This document shows positions 36,676 to 50,288 of a DNA stretch of 64,000 nucleotides, one piece after another (within the stretch, counting starts at the first letter, position 1; the number at the start of each line of letters is the position of its first letter). The notes below the pieces were generated by a model that was not told where the DNA came from, ran no database searches, and worked only from the letters and a program-made list of their open reading frames with translations. Made by a program: the position numbers and the translations under genes. Source of the stretch: Proteromonas lacertae (Eukaryota); the NCBI GenBank assembly GCA_002245135.1, contig NGBS01000880.1, positions 62,001 through 126,000 of the forward strand. Reading direction: 5' to 3'.

Positions 36676-36966
36676 CTAATCAATACCATAACGCTTTAAC
36701 ATCTTGGTTTTTCTTCTTTCTTCTTCAGGATCAACCCATTTTCTAGGAAGTATGGTTGCTTGTGTAACTCTGGTTGGTTTATGAATTGCTTTCCATTCTT
36801 CATACTTTCTATCATCCTCATCAGCTGTATAAGATGCATACCACATTACTACTGGAGGTGATGGTGGGGGTGGTTCAGCTACTATTCTAACTACATCTTC
36901 TTCAATGATTGCATAGATTCTTTCAAAGTCTTCATCTTCACGTTTATTTCTATCTTTTATATTCAC
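36676..36966 (-). CDS. Hypothetical ORF fragment, possibly viral
   Basis: Coding-like composition; adjacent to the conserved element shared with the edge of block E. Confidence 0.35.
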   Translation of the reverse strand: MNIKDRNKREDEDFERIYAIIEEDVVRIVAEPPPPSPPVVMWYASYTADEDDRKYEEWKAIHKPTRVTQATILPRKWVDPEEERRKTKMLKRYGID

Positions 36967-37058
36967 ATTCTCGATCCAAATTCTTGACTATTTTTATGAT
37001 TAACACTCTATATCTACTTTCTAGCTTCGCCCAGTACTTCTATGCCAAAACCTAAATC

Positions 37059-37119
37059 CTGTAAAAAAAACGTAAGAATAGTCTGGCACGGGTTACCCAC
37101 CTGCAGTGATATTCTTACG
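37059..37119. other. Conserved inverted-repeat element, copy 1
   Basis: CTGTA-N7-CGTAAGAATAGTCTGG-N17-CAGTGATATTCTTAC. Confidence 0.8.
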
Positions 37120-37326
37120 GTTATACATATATCTACAGGGACATTTGGCACAAAGAACACTTATATATCGTTATACTCATGTATAGTTATTAAACAAAGT
37201 TATTCCCAATTCTTTCCCTAAATAATAATTAAATAAAGAGAATGATATGTAATAAAGAAAAGAACAATTCCGAATATAGTATTACAGTTTAGGTTTTGAA
37301 TTTATTAAAGCATATAATTTACATAC

Positions 37327-38092
37327 ATGATATATATTCTGTTTATCATTATTATTTTTAATTTTATATTTCTAAATAGTTTAAATGTAAAACGCACATA
37401 TCAACCAGCGATTCATCCTTTTTTATGGAGTTGTATGTTTAAAAAAGAAAATAGCACTTTTAATTCTGCCTTTAGAAGCCAATTCAAAGAAGATTATATA
37501 TATAATAAAAAATTCTTCAAAAATAAACTAAATGGAATATTTAGGATGGTCAGGTGTTCTAATAAAAGGAAGTATAAATAGCTGTATGAAATTGCTAAAT
37601 AATCAGTATTTAAGATTAAGATCACAAATTGTATGTACTGCTATTTGTTCAAATAAAGATTATGTTGAATTTAAACAAGGAGATGGTGTTGGAGGAATAA
37701 ATGGAGAACTACCTAGCAGATGGTTTTCTATGGAATATAAAAAGGGAGTCAAAATGAAATGCTCTAATATAGGCAATATTCTCAATCAATTTCATATAAC
37801 TCATATAGACTTTTTTTCTCTTGATGTTGAAGGGAGTGAATTATCAGTATTAGAAACATTCGATTTTAATATAATAGTTAATTATTGGGTAATTGAATTT
37901 AATAGTAATAATAATATAAAAAACAATAAAGTAAGAAAATTATTAAAAGAAAATGGATATAAAAAGTGTAACATTCATTTAGATTATAAAAGTAATGAAT
38001 GTTTTTATCACCCATACTATGATAAAAAAGTAATTAATATGATTGATAAAGAAAATAAATACAGAACAAATTTTGGAGTAGAATGTATATAG
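37327..38092 (+). pseudogene. FkbM-family (Methyltransf_21) methyltransferase with internal deletion and frameshift
   Basis: TM; FRSQFKED; EYLGWSGVLI; IDFFSLDVEGSE; SAM-binding segment missing. Confidence 0.75.
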
Positions 38093-38249
38093 AAATCAAA
38101 ACTTATTTAGATGTTAAACAGTTATATACATTGTTATTTCTCATATTTCAAATCTTGTAACTCTTTATTCTTCCTATAGAAATATTTAATTACAGATTAA
38201 AAAATTCAGATAATTATATTTGTTCATTATTTTTCAGAAAGTTTAATAA

Positions 38250-39112
38250 TATGCTTTCACATTATATGTAGGAAGTAAAGTTAAAGAGATTATCGATAAT
38301 CAACCCTATCATAACAATTATCAGTATTTTTAGCAGACTTATTTAATCCGATTATATAAAGCGTAAATCCATACATTTCTAAATATTTATTTATAAATAT
38401 TAATTTTGTCTTACACCATTTATCATGATACTCAAAAAATATTTATTTATAATATCCAAACTTCCATACAAAACATCATCTTCATATTCTTCCACATCTA
38501 TTTTCAAAAAGTAAATATTATAATTCATTACATCTATAATAAAAGAAAAAAATGATATTCATATTTATACATATATTCTTCAAAAAATAATCAAGAGTAA
38601 TAAATTTTACTTTTTGTTCAATTTTTTTTGAACTGTTTGCCTCTCCTTTTACATATTGATATCCTACATCTTTTCCAGCAAAAATAGAAATTAATGTATT
38701 GCAATACGATATTCCATAATTATATGTTTTTATATTTGTAATATTCCCATACTTTTCTATTTGATATAGATGGTTACTTAGCAAAGGTTCAATTGATAGA
38801 ATAACTTTGCTAGGAAACAAATTATGTAGCAATATAGTAACATCCCCTTTATTAGATCCTACATCTATAATTATTGAGTTTTTATCTGTTTTACAATTAT
38901 ATACTTTCTTAAGAGTAGTGAATAAATATTTTCTAATATAATTATCATTAAAACCTCTATTAGATAATGTAGAATATAATGATGAGTTATATAATATGTA
39001 AGGATCACACTCATTATTATGTTTAGTATAGTAAGTATTATTTAATATCATATAAACAATAAAAGAAATTAAAACATAAAATAATAATATAAAACTATGA
39101 TATATATATCAT
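38250..39112 (-). pseudogene. FkbM-family methyltransferase with a 37-nt intron (38534-38570); 3' part appears disrupted
   Basis: IIDVGSNKGD, SIEP, ITLD; splicing restores FLKIDVEEYE. Confidence 0.7.
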
Positions 39113-39542
39113 TTTTAAGATGGAAATTAAATAGAAGATATATGTCTTTGTACTATACTAGCAAATATTTTCTTATCAGTCCTTGAATCAACAGGGTTTT
39201 CACTCTCGTTTTTTAAGTTATTTGCTATGTTATTTTTGATTAGCTTACATTTGCTATGTATCTAGTTAACTATCTCATCTATCTGAGGCATAAGAAGATG
39301 GATTATAAAAAGTTAGATAAAAAAATAATATATGTAAAGGATGTCATTATAATTTATTATTGGTGTATTTACCTTCAGTTGATGTTTTCCTTTATAATCT
39401 TTTTAATAAAGTGGTTTTTATTAATTCTGTATATATAATATTGGATTCTTTTTTGCATGAATTAATTTACTCATTATTGTAATTAGGCAAGATTCATTTA
39501 CGTTGATGTTATAGAAATTACACAAAGTTGATATTAATGTAT

Positions 39543-39650
39543 TGTTGTGCACAGTTTGTCATAGTTGGCCGTTTGTCTACCAGACGCTTTCAAACCAAAC
39601 TAAATACACAATTACACTTCTTTTAATGAAAAATTGTTACTTTTATTTTA
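39543..39650 (+). repeat. TGT...ACA family left terminus
   Basis: TGTTGTGCACAGTTTGTCATAGTTGGCCG... Confidence 0.8.
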
Positions 39651-40186
39651 ACATTTTGTATATTATAGACATGTCACGATATGACTTAATTAGTCTATGT
39701 AACAAATATTTTTGCATAATCTATTAATACATATTAAGTGCATGAATAATATAAAATATTAGCTTACAACTCACTTCTGTTGTTGATATAAATAAAATAA
39801 TGTAACTAAAAACTTGAATTTTCTTACCCCCTTATTTGTACGAAAATCAATATTTTGATATAAACACTTGTTTTATATGCACATGTTTTTCATCAAAATC
39901 TATAATTTTAGTTACAAAGTTAATATCTACAATATAAACAGAAATACAATCTTTAATCGACATGAATCTCAAAGCTACAACAAATTAATGTATTTCATAT
40001 TTCAGTGCCTTCTATAAAAATCATTCATTTCAGCGTGTAGCCAATTACAATATATTATTAACACTTAGCTTCTTTTGTATAATTTACAAAATTATAATTT
40101 ATGTGTTGTTTCTTATTTTATGTAATAGTATCAATGATTATGAAGTGATACACATAAGTCACAGAAGAAAATTGAGAAGTGAAAAA

Positions 40187-40244
40187 TGTCTCCTAGACAA
40201 ACGGCGTATTTCTAAATCTTCTCACGCCGTTTGTCTAGGAGACA
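40187..40244. repeat. Perfect 21-bp inverted repeat with 16-nt loop (TGT...ACA)
   Basis: TGTCTCCTAGACAAACGGCGT / ACGCCGTTTGTCTAGGAGACA. Confidence 0.9.
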
Positions 40245-41399
40245 CTGTTGATTTAGAATGTCAGACCTATGATAGAGATTATAATAGGAATAGATAGAAT
40301 GATATATATTTATAGAAATTATAGTAGTAGAATAGCTTTTATAGATATTTTACTGTGTTATTTTATAATACTCTTACCCCCCAAAAAGAAAATGATTCAT
40401 TATTTAAGATGTAAGTGTAACAATATATATAAAAATATATCTTCTTTTTTCTTTTCTTTTGACTATTTTAAATTATACCAATGTAATAATTTATCAATCA
40501 TTCATTACAATTGTTATATGTGCTGTATTATTATAGTAATCATTCAATACAATTTACCAATAATTCTTTTTATTTATATAAATTCTGATTATTGAAAATG
40601 TATTTTTCATCAATTTGGTAATAATATTTCTAGAAGAAGAAAGAATAATTATCATCTTATTTTACTATAATTCTTCTAAAACCATTATCAACACTATTCC
40701 ACTTTCATTTTTTTATTACTATTTTTCATTTAATTTCTTTTCTTTCTCATATCATATTTTCAATCTTTGCTTCATCTTGGGCACCAAATACTATCTCATC
40801 ATATTGATCTTCAAATCTTGCTAAATTCATTATAAAGATATTATCTAATGTAAATGTCTTGGTTATTGCAATTATCTTTAAAGTTTTGAATTAATATTAA
40901 ACTCTCTTTGAAATTATCAATCACTTCATAATATACTAGAATTTTCATAAACAAAGTCTCTTATACGTTTATAAATTGTATAAATATGGGATATGGAGTA
41001 ATGGGTAGTTTGAATAACATCTCAGTATTTAATAATTCTTCTATCTTTTCATTCAACTTTTGTTTATTGAATATTTTCTACTGGAAATGCCCCAGTATCT
41101 ACTGTTTGAGTTTCTCACCTGCTTCAATATCGATTTGGGTTGGTTCTATTGCGAATATTCCATCATCATTTTTCATTGACAAATCAACTGTTGCAGAAAA
41201 CATTCCATTATTACTGAATTAAATTGTTTCACAATTACTAGCTTTTAAAGATGGATTGTTTTCTCTCATATTTATGTTTTTGTCTATTAATAATTGACCA
41301 AATTCATAATATCCTTTGTTCTTTATTTATCTCTTACTTATTATTTGTTGTTCATTCTTTTGTTTTATTGATTTCATAAATTTATCTTTTGGATTTGAT

Positions 41400-44300
41400 T
41401 TATTTTTATTAACTATCTCAAAGTGGAAACAATAGTTAAATTTATCAGTTTCTAATTATTCAAATGTCACTTTTAATGGCAATTCTTCATCAGGTTCTAA
41501 TTTCCATCTTGTGGCATTATTTTCATCTATTAATTTATAATTACTTGTCGATATTAAGGGTTTTCTTGGAATTTGCTTCTTAACTAATTGGAATACTACT
41601 GGAGGTGGAACTTTCCAATCTCCATATGTATTAAACAATGGAACTGTTTCTTTGATTTCTTGAATTATTATATCAATATCACTTTTACCATTGTTATTGA
41701 TTATATCACATAATAAACCAACTCCAAATGGCGGAGGAGGAGGTGGTGGTGGTTTTTCTTTTTTACCTTTCTATGAGTTTTTATCTCCTTTCTTATCAAT
41801 TGATTTACTTCTTTTTCCTCCTTTCTTTGGATCAGATAAAGCTGATCTTTCTTCTACTACTGGTTCTGGTTCTTCAGGTGGTGGTAATTCCACTGCCAAT
41901 TTATCACCTACATTTCTTACTTCAGTTTGAATTACATTATAATCTTTATATTATACAATAAGTTGGTACTTCTTGTACTTTGATTGGAATTGCTAAATCA
42001 TATCTTCCATAAGGTAAATCAGATTTCGCTGTAAAACTAGCTGTAAATGTCACTGTTGAACTTTCTGGTAATCTTTTCACTTCATCTGGAGTTAATGTAT
42101 ATCCACTCTCTTTTAAAGTTCTTCTTTCTATTGCGAAATTTACTGGTAAATTACCTATGTTAGTTATTGTAAATGTCTTCGTTTTGCAATCAATTCGAAC
42201 TACATTACCAAAATCTACTACATAATCAGCTAATGGAAATTCACCTAAATGTAAATTAGATATTTTCTTATTCGCCATTTTTGTTGTTTTGCCTGTTTTA
42301 TTACTGATATTTGTTAAACCAGTTTCAGGTCTTGCTGTGGTTTTATCAACTACTCCTTCACTTTTTGAACCATTTACAGATGTTCCATTTAATTCTTTCT
42401 CTTTACGAGCTAAACATAAATCAGCAGGATTTTGATTGTTTATTTCATCTAATAATAAATCAATATAATATAATCTTAATGCTTCAAATTCTCTATCAAC
42501 TGTGATTTGTAATACTGTTGTATTCTTTCCTGAAGGTAATTTGTTCGTATTTGTTCGTATTTATCATTCTGTTGTGAATTCTTACTTCTGACAGAAACTG
42601 ATTTTTGACTATTTACTCTTGCAGATCACTGTTTCTTGTTTTCATCTTTTTCTTTTTCTTTAGATTTTTCTTCTTCTGCATTTGTATTTGCTATTGTTGG
42701 TTCTTCACTAGGTGGTGCTAATTCTCCTTCTAGTTTTGGTTCTGGTGGTAATTCTTTTAACCATGTGTTGGTGAATTAACTGGAACTCCATCTACAATTA
42801 TTGGCTTTTCAGCTTCAACCGGTTGTTCTGGCTGTTGTTGTTGTCTTGCTTCTTCTCCTTCAGTATTTATAATAGTGTTATTATTACTTTCATCTATTGA
42901 AGATTCTACTACTTCAGGTAAAGATGGTTGTTGTTTGATTGGTAATGGTAAAGCTGGGAATGATAATGGATGTTCTGTATTGGATAATTCAATCAATCTA
43001 TCAGCTTCTTCCAAGTAATGTTCCCAATTATCTGGTATTCAGCATCATTCACTTTGATATTTGCATAAATACCTGTTATATAAAGTAGAAAATTTATTGG
43101 AACATAATGAGCTATTTCTATTACTAATTTCTCTATTACTGAATCTAGAATTCCTACTCTCATTTTAACAGAGATTCTTTGTTGATCATGAGATGGAATT
43201 AATCCATTACATGGTGAAACACCAACTAAACCAGGTCGAGATACATTATCAGTTGAGATTTTAAATGGAAAATCTACTGAACCTGTATTAAATATATGAA
43301 AATCTATTTCTTCTACTTTCATATAAGGAATTCTACTAAAATCAATATTCTGTTTATCCAATCTATAAGATACGACTAAACTTTCACCTTTCATTTTGAT
43401 ATTATAAACTGGTCCTCCATCTACATAACATTTACCTAATGCTCTTGATAATACATGTGGTATTCCAGAATATCTCAATTCCATTTCTTCACTTTCACCT
43501 GGTTATAAAATACCTTGAATTGGAGTTATTTCAAATACTTAATTGATTGGAGATGCTTGATTTTCAGTTTCATCTATTTCTAATTCCCAATGATAAGGAC
43601 AAGGAATTGTTCGACGATTTTCAGTTGAAAATAATAATGTTCTTTGAGAATTATTCAATATACAACCAAAATCAAAATCATTTTGAGATAACCATGGAAT
43701 TGAATTTTTCTGAGGATGATCTTCATATTTTATATTCAATATTCCATTTATTTTACATGAGATTTTATCATCTTTATAATTTGGATCAAATTCCACTGTC
43801 ACATTCATTGATTCATTTGGTTCTAAATGGAATTCATTCATACTCAATAATAATGGAGCTGCTATACTTATTATCGCATCTAAACTCAATGTTGATATAT
43901 TCTTAAATACAACTGTCTTACTTTGAACTTCGATTTTCTCTTCAGAACATTGAATTAATGGATTCATAAAGTTCACTTTTACTTCGGTTTCTTTTGCTTC
44001 ATTATTTCTTATTTCTCCATCAAATTTCCTCAAACAAGAAAACATTTTCATCACTTCACAGGGTTTTTCACAACTTCCAGATGTTACAAAATTTCAAGCA
44101 GTATTGGGTTTTAATTCGATTGCATTGGGAGTTATTGTAAATATAGCTTCATAAGGTTTGAATTCATTTCACTTTCCATCTTTGATTTATTGGCTTTAAA
44201 AGATTTTTCTTTTTCTACTGCTGTATGATTTATCCAAATTAATCTTTGACTTCTTAAACCTCGATTTTCTAATAAAAAAATCTCTTTCGATTGTTCTGTT

Positions 44301-45420
44301 TGTGAATTGATCACCAAAATCAATTACATCTACTGGATCTTCTCAAAATATTGTTGTTATTATACATTTAGCTGTAACTGGAAGAATTGCATTATCTCCT
44401 TCAGTTGCTGCTATGTATATTGTATCCTTATAAGCTAATACATCTTCCAACATGCAACTAACTACTATCTTTTGAGATTCTTTGCTTTGTAATATACCAT
44501 CAACTATATCAGTATTAAAATAAAATCCTCGTTCAAAATCTAATTTATAAAAAGCTGGAATTGAAGTTGGATTAGTTATTGTAAATTCTTTTGTATGAGT
44601 ATCTAAACAAGTTATATCACCAAATTTTATATGATTTAAATTTGACTTTATCACTGGTCCAAGTCCATTTGCTTCTAATACTAATACCAATGGAGGATAT
44701 TGACTGCCAATTATTTGAATATATAATGGAATTCTCATATCACCTAATTTCTCAGGATTTAATTAAATTTTAATCATTTGAGTTGCCATTGGTCCAATTA
44801 CACCTTTAGCTGGATTAGGTAAAATTTGATAATAAGTATATCTTAAATAACAATCTCCATATTTCAATGATTCTTCTAATAATTCTACTTCAGCTACTCG
44901 ACATTCAGCACTTATTGGAATTGTTAATAAAGCTTCACCTACACTTTCAATATCAATTGCTAAACAATAATCATATACTTTTATTGTTTGAGATATGAAA
45001 TTGATTTTGATTTTCTCTTCTCCTTCTGGTAATACTGTTGCTACTGCTCGAATTATTTCGAATTCTTTGTTTAAGTAATTACCATCTTGAGGAACTCGTA
45101 AATTGAATATAAATGGAACAGAGGAAGTATTTCTTAATATCAAATCAGTTGAGTTTAAAAACGCATAACTTACAATACCAAAATCTAGTTTATTCTTATT
45201 AAAGAAGAATGTTGGACCAACTACATGTCCTTTTATTGTTAATACCACATTATTAGTTGCTCCTTTTAATGCAAATTCAAAATGATCACTAAATTCACCA
45301 AGAGTTGAACTTGTATAAGATACTTCGATTGTTACACTTTCTTCTATATCTAATTCACCTTGGTGGAGTAAATATTACATTTGGTTTAATTGATCCTTCA
45401 TTGGTAAGTGATACTTCAAC
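41400..45420 (-). pseudogene. HYDIN: HYDIN-like pseudogene, N-terminal ASH-domain region
   Basis: LTIKGHVVGPTFFF..LDFGIVSYAF, FNLRVPQDG, CYVDGGPVY, YVVDFGNVV; multiple stops and frameshifts. Confidence 0.88.
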
Positions 45421-45599
45421 CAATATCTAATGATAAATAAGCAGGATCCATTTATATTATTTGAGTACTTCAACCAATATCTAAATCTTGAGCTTGAGCT
45501 TTTTTTCTTCTAATTAATACATTTTTTCTCCTAAAGTCTAAATCAACACTATTCTGCTGTATATTTGATATATTATTTTTTCTACTCTATAATTGGGCC

Positions 45600-45745
45600 T
45601 AGTTAATCTTTGACTTCTTAAACCTCGATTTTCTATTAAAATGCGCTTTCAGCTTATCTGTTAATAAATTTATCACCAAAATCAATTACATCTACTTTAT
45701 GTTCATAAAATAATGATGCTTCTATACCTTTAGCTGTACATGATA
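45600..45745 (-). pseudogene. HYDIN: Short diverged HYDIN-like duplicate of about 44240-44380
   Basis: TTAATCTTTGACTTCTTAAACCTCGATTTTCTA and TCACCAAAATCAATTACATCTAC shared. Confidence 0.65.
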
Positions 45746-45959
45746 GTATTATACAGTTTATAAATAATATAAAGTAAGTATTTTGATAATAATATATATA
45801 TATATAGTACTTACATTTTGATTTTCTGAAATAAAAAAACTGTCAAGTTTGACAAGCTTGATTTTTCTTTTTTGAAATATCTTCTTATCTTGATAGAATT
45901 TTATAACATTCTTCAAAGTTTCTACTGAAATTCATTTTTTCTCTTTGACTGAATCAAAA

Positions 45960-46295
45960 AAACATACAAACAAAAAAGTTGAAAAAATGAAATTTTAAAT
46001 TAAAAATGACGTCAGAAGGGGTATAATTCTTAATTCCTGTGTAACTGACACTTCTCATTCAGACATTATATGTCAATAAAAACATAAAATTTGGAATATA
46101 CATAATTTCAAGAATATATTTTGATAGTTTTTATTCAATATTATGACAATTAATAGTTACTCATAGATGCAGGTCACATAACAAAATAAGTATAAAAGTA
46201 ACAATTTTTCATCAAGACAAGTAAGAATATGTATTTAGTTTGTTTTGAAAGTGTCTGGTAAACAAACGGCCAACTATGACAAACTGCGCACAACA
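45960..46295 (-). repeat. TGT...ACA family right terminus
   Basis: ...GACAAACTGCGCACAACA at 46295. Confidence 0.8.
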
Positions 46296-46779
46296 GGTGT
46301 AAAAAGGATGATTAATTTATACATGAGAGTATATAAAGAAACATATGATGTAGATATAGCAAACTTAAATCCTTCTAATAATATTAGAACCACGAATTTA
46401 TATATTTATAAATGTGATATAATATATAATTTTAAATATAAGAAAATCAAGTGGATATATGAAAAAATGGAACTTAATTTGGAAAACAATATCTTGAAAG
46501 GCTTTTCTTCAGCCAACAATAAGAATGTTAAAGGCTTTTCTAGATAAAAATGAAAGCACATTAACAATTTGTGGCAGTTTGTGGATATATGTACTTTTCA
46601 ATGATTCAATTCAAAAATGATAGCAGTAATGAAACTAATATAGATATACTTTTCAATGATTATAGGAAAAAATATGATGATCAAATAAATTGATGAAATT
46701 AATACACCATGAAATTATATAGTCTATTAAAATTAACTATAATATTTAAAATGATTATATATAGATTTTATATTTTTTT

Positions 46780-47251
46780 ATTTGCAACAGAAAGGAAAGA
46801 TTTTAGTATTTTATCAAGAAATATAGTCATATTAATGAATAGAAGTCAAGTTAAAATGAGAGATATTGTGCGCCGTTGAGCCGCTCTCATCATATAATTA
46901 CTTTTAAAACAAACTAATATCATTTTTATCTTAGTTATAAAGAGCTATTAACAAATATATAGTTAGTTTGTCATATTGACCAATATCGATTTCTTGTTTT
47001 TAAACAATATAATAGAGAATATACGAAAAAAAGTAAATCACAGATATAGGTCATATGACAAACTAACTATTTATTTGTTAATAGCTCTTTATAACTAAGA
47101 TAAAAATGATATTAGTTTGTTTTAAAAGTAATTATATGATGAGAGCGGCTCAACGGCGCACAATATCTCTCATTTTAACTTGACTTCTATTCATTAATAT
47201 GACTATATTTCTTGATAAAATACTAAAATCTTTCCTTTATGTCGCACAACA
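46780..47251. mobile_element. Foldback MITE with near-perfect arms of about 180 bp, TGT...ACA-related
   Basis: 46791-46975 is inverted at 47052-47238; right end GCACAACA; left end degenerate. Confidence 0.8.
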
Positions 47252-47989
47252 AGAGATGTGTTTAGGTTTTTATATAATTTTCAAATAATAAAAAGGTAAC
47301 TATCATTTTCATGTGAATTAGGTTTGCCAAAATTATTTTTTAAACTATTTCATCACCAAAAATAAAACTTCTTTGTTTTGAAATGAGTAAATGTTTCACA
47401 GTAATAATAACTATAAAAAACGCCATTTTAATGAGTGGTCTTCTTCGTTATGTATGTAATTTACATCAATTTCATATCTTAAAGTGGTGTTTTATGATTA
47501 TAAAATAATTAACAAACCAACAATAGTAATCCTTATGTGATTTTATGGAATAACAACTTGTCTTATATAAATTCTAAACAGCCGATTTCATATACTTTAG
47601 AAATAATTTGTTAAGCGCCCACAAAAGAAAAGCATTTACTAAACTGTATTTAATAATATCAATTTCGCTTATTAAATTTACATAACAGCTTCAAATTCAT
47701 AAATTTTGAATTATCTCTTACTCTATTCACATGTTTTTTTGAGATATTAATGTATATATATTAATATATATAGTTGAATGAACATTTTTGATGGATGTAC
47801 GAATCACAAAAACATCTGAAGAATGCTAATATACAATAATACAAGTAATGACTTTTTACTGACTAATTAAAAAAAACATAAGTATCTATTTCATTATATA
47901 CAATAATACACAATGATTCAATATTGTTAATTTTATCAAATTCTTCATCAGAAAATGTATTAATTTTTCTATAAAACATATCTTTAATA

Positions 47990-48557
47990 GTTCTCACACA
48001 TCGATCCAATATTTTCATTATATTATGTTCATTACGTTCTTTAAGTATAAATCACTAAAGACCCAATTCCAGGTAGTAATACTTTTAACTATAACTTCAG
48101 TATTAATAGCAGCATTGGAAGTTATGTTAAATTTATATTGTACAGAGCATACAGAAATCATGCATATGATAGACGTACAGTTCCTTTTAATAATGTTCAA
48201 GATAGAATAAGGTGGCAAATTAATGATTTTGTCTATACACCTGATTATTTATATCCTGCAAAATATGAAACTTGGGAATATATGAGAAATATATTTCAAA
48301 ATTCTTTCTTTGAAAAATGTTTAGATACTCCATTTGTAGACAACTTTTTTGATGTTCTAAATTTCAGTACTGATCGATTAACTGAATTAAAATTAAGAGC
48401 TGGTAAAGACTTAGCAAGTGATTTAAAAATTACATTGGATTGTGCAAATCAACGATTTGATGCTAATCATATTCCACATACAATTCATCATAAGTTCTAT
48501 ATCATTACTGGTAAACAATTGATTATTGGACCAAGGGGTGTTGAAAAAGTAGTATAA
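47990..48557 (+). pseudogene. Putative major capsid protein, C-terminal fragment (block E)
   Basis: RWQINDF..FFDVLNF..AGKDLASDLKITL..HKFYIITG, homologous to the 27454 and 54102 copies. Confidence 0.6.
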
Positions 48558-48641
48558 GTAATAATTCTTTATTATTGACTTCTATTTTTATTTTTTGATT
48601 TCTCACTACATAATATATATATATACACACACACACACACT

Positions 48642-49404
48642 ATGTTTAAATTTGAAAAAATAAATAATATACAAATTGAACCTGTTGATGGTGGTGAGTC
48701 ATTTGATCCTAAGAAAATTCTGGGATATGATTACTTTAATGAACCTTTCTGCAATATTTTTATTGAGGCTCATAAGAATAGTGGGAAAACCACTTTGATA
48801 TATAATATATTAAGACATATTATAGATCCAAAATATAAGAAAAAACAAAATGTACATTTTTTCGTAGGTGCAATCAAACAAGTTAGGATATATGATTCAA
48901 TTAAAGAGTTATTAGATTATAATGAAATTAGTTATGATGAAAATGATTCATTATTTGAACCTTACTCAGGAGATAATTTAGTAGAGAAGTTAATGAAATC
49001 AATTGATGATACAAACAAAGATAATTATGAGTATGCAGAACATATTATAATATATTAATGATCTTAGTTTAGAGTTGAAAACAGCTAAAATCATACCAGT
49101 ATTAATGAAAGAAAATAGACATTTAAAATCAAAAATTATAATTAGTAGTCAATATATTACTGATATAGTACCTTCGGCAAGATCACAAGTAGATTATTGT
49201 TTAACATTTTATGGATTGAGTAATAGAAATTTGTTTGACTTATACAACTCATTGAATATATGGATACCTGAATATGAAACATTTAAAGAGTTTTATGTAG
49301 CTGTTACTAAGCCACAATATAACTTCTTATATATTGATAATGTTAAAAAAGTGTTTAGAGCTAACTTCAATATTTTGATTGAAGACCATTCTGAAGTTTC
49401 TTGA
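48642..49404 (+). pseudogene. A32/FtsK packaging ATPase, frameshifted at Walker B
   Basis: GYDYFNEPFCNIF, AHKNSGKTT, NRHLK, ISSQ, FLYID. Confidence 0.9.
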
Positions 49405-49448
49405 TGTTTTTATTAATTTTGTTATTTTATTGTTTATTAATACAAAAA

Positions 49449-50288
49449 ATGTTTATTGGGGATTGAAAAACTATAGATTTAAACATAGATCAAACAAAAT
49501 TAGCTAATGATATTGCTGATAAAATAAATCTAATTTATGAAACTAAATTAGCAATAGATATTGCATCTAAAGTTGTTATACCACCTTCATCAATAACACA
49601 AGAAGATAAAGTAGATATAACATCAAGTATAATAACTAGTGTAAATAGTAAGATTGCTAAAGAAGTAGATACAAAAAAAATAGAATTAGAAGAATATTTG
49701 AAATCAATAAAAGATATAATCAATAAACAAGTACTTGTACTATGTGATTCAATAAACAATACAGTTAATAGTATACCTCGAAATTTAGTACCAAAACCTT
49801 ATTGTTTACATAAACAACATACTAGTTATACAGCGAAAAGAAGAATTAATGGTATATGGGATAGTGATGATAAAACATTTAAAATACCTACTAAAATAGA
49901 AATGTTTGAAAACTTTATGAAGATTAAATTATATGATGGTTTTACATGTAATTATGAAGGATGTGATGGTCATGAATTATATCTTGAACCTCAAAATTTT
50001 ATAAAAGCTGAGCCTGGTAGAGAAGGTTTATTACAACAATACTATAATAAAGTATTACAAGTATACAATGGGAAATCATTCCCTATAAAAGCTACAAATG
50101 ATAAAAATACATATCATACATTAACTAATAGACCTTATTTTGAAATAAATCATGTATTACAAAATGATAATAATCAACCTAATTTACATATAATAGTAAA
50201 TGGTTACCCTCAACAACCTTATTTAGCAATACCAAGACAAACATTCTTTACAGACTATATAGATACAGGTGTTACAGATTTCTTTTAA
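49449..50288 (+). pseudogene. Hypothetical protein after ATPase with early in-frame TGA; possible fibre/spike
   Basis: ATG 49449 in frame with ORF 49698; short repeats TKLANDIA/TKLAIDIA then a beta-rich domain. Confidence 0.4.

Noticed and set aside
48612..48640. (TA)n(CA)n directly before the ATPase ATG as a phase-variable switch
   Set aside because: Ordinary microsatellite, absent from the other two ATPase copies
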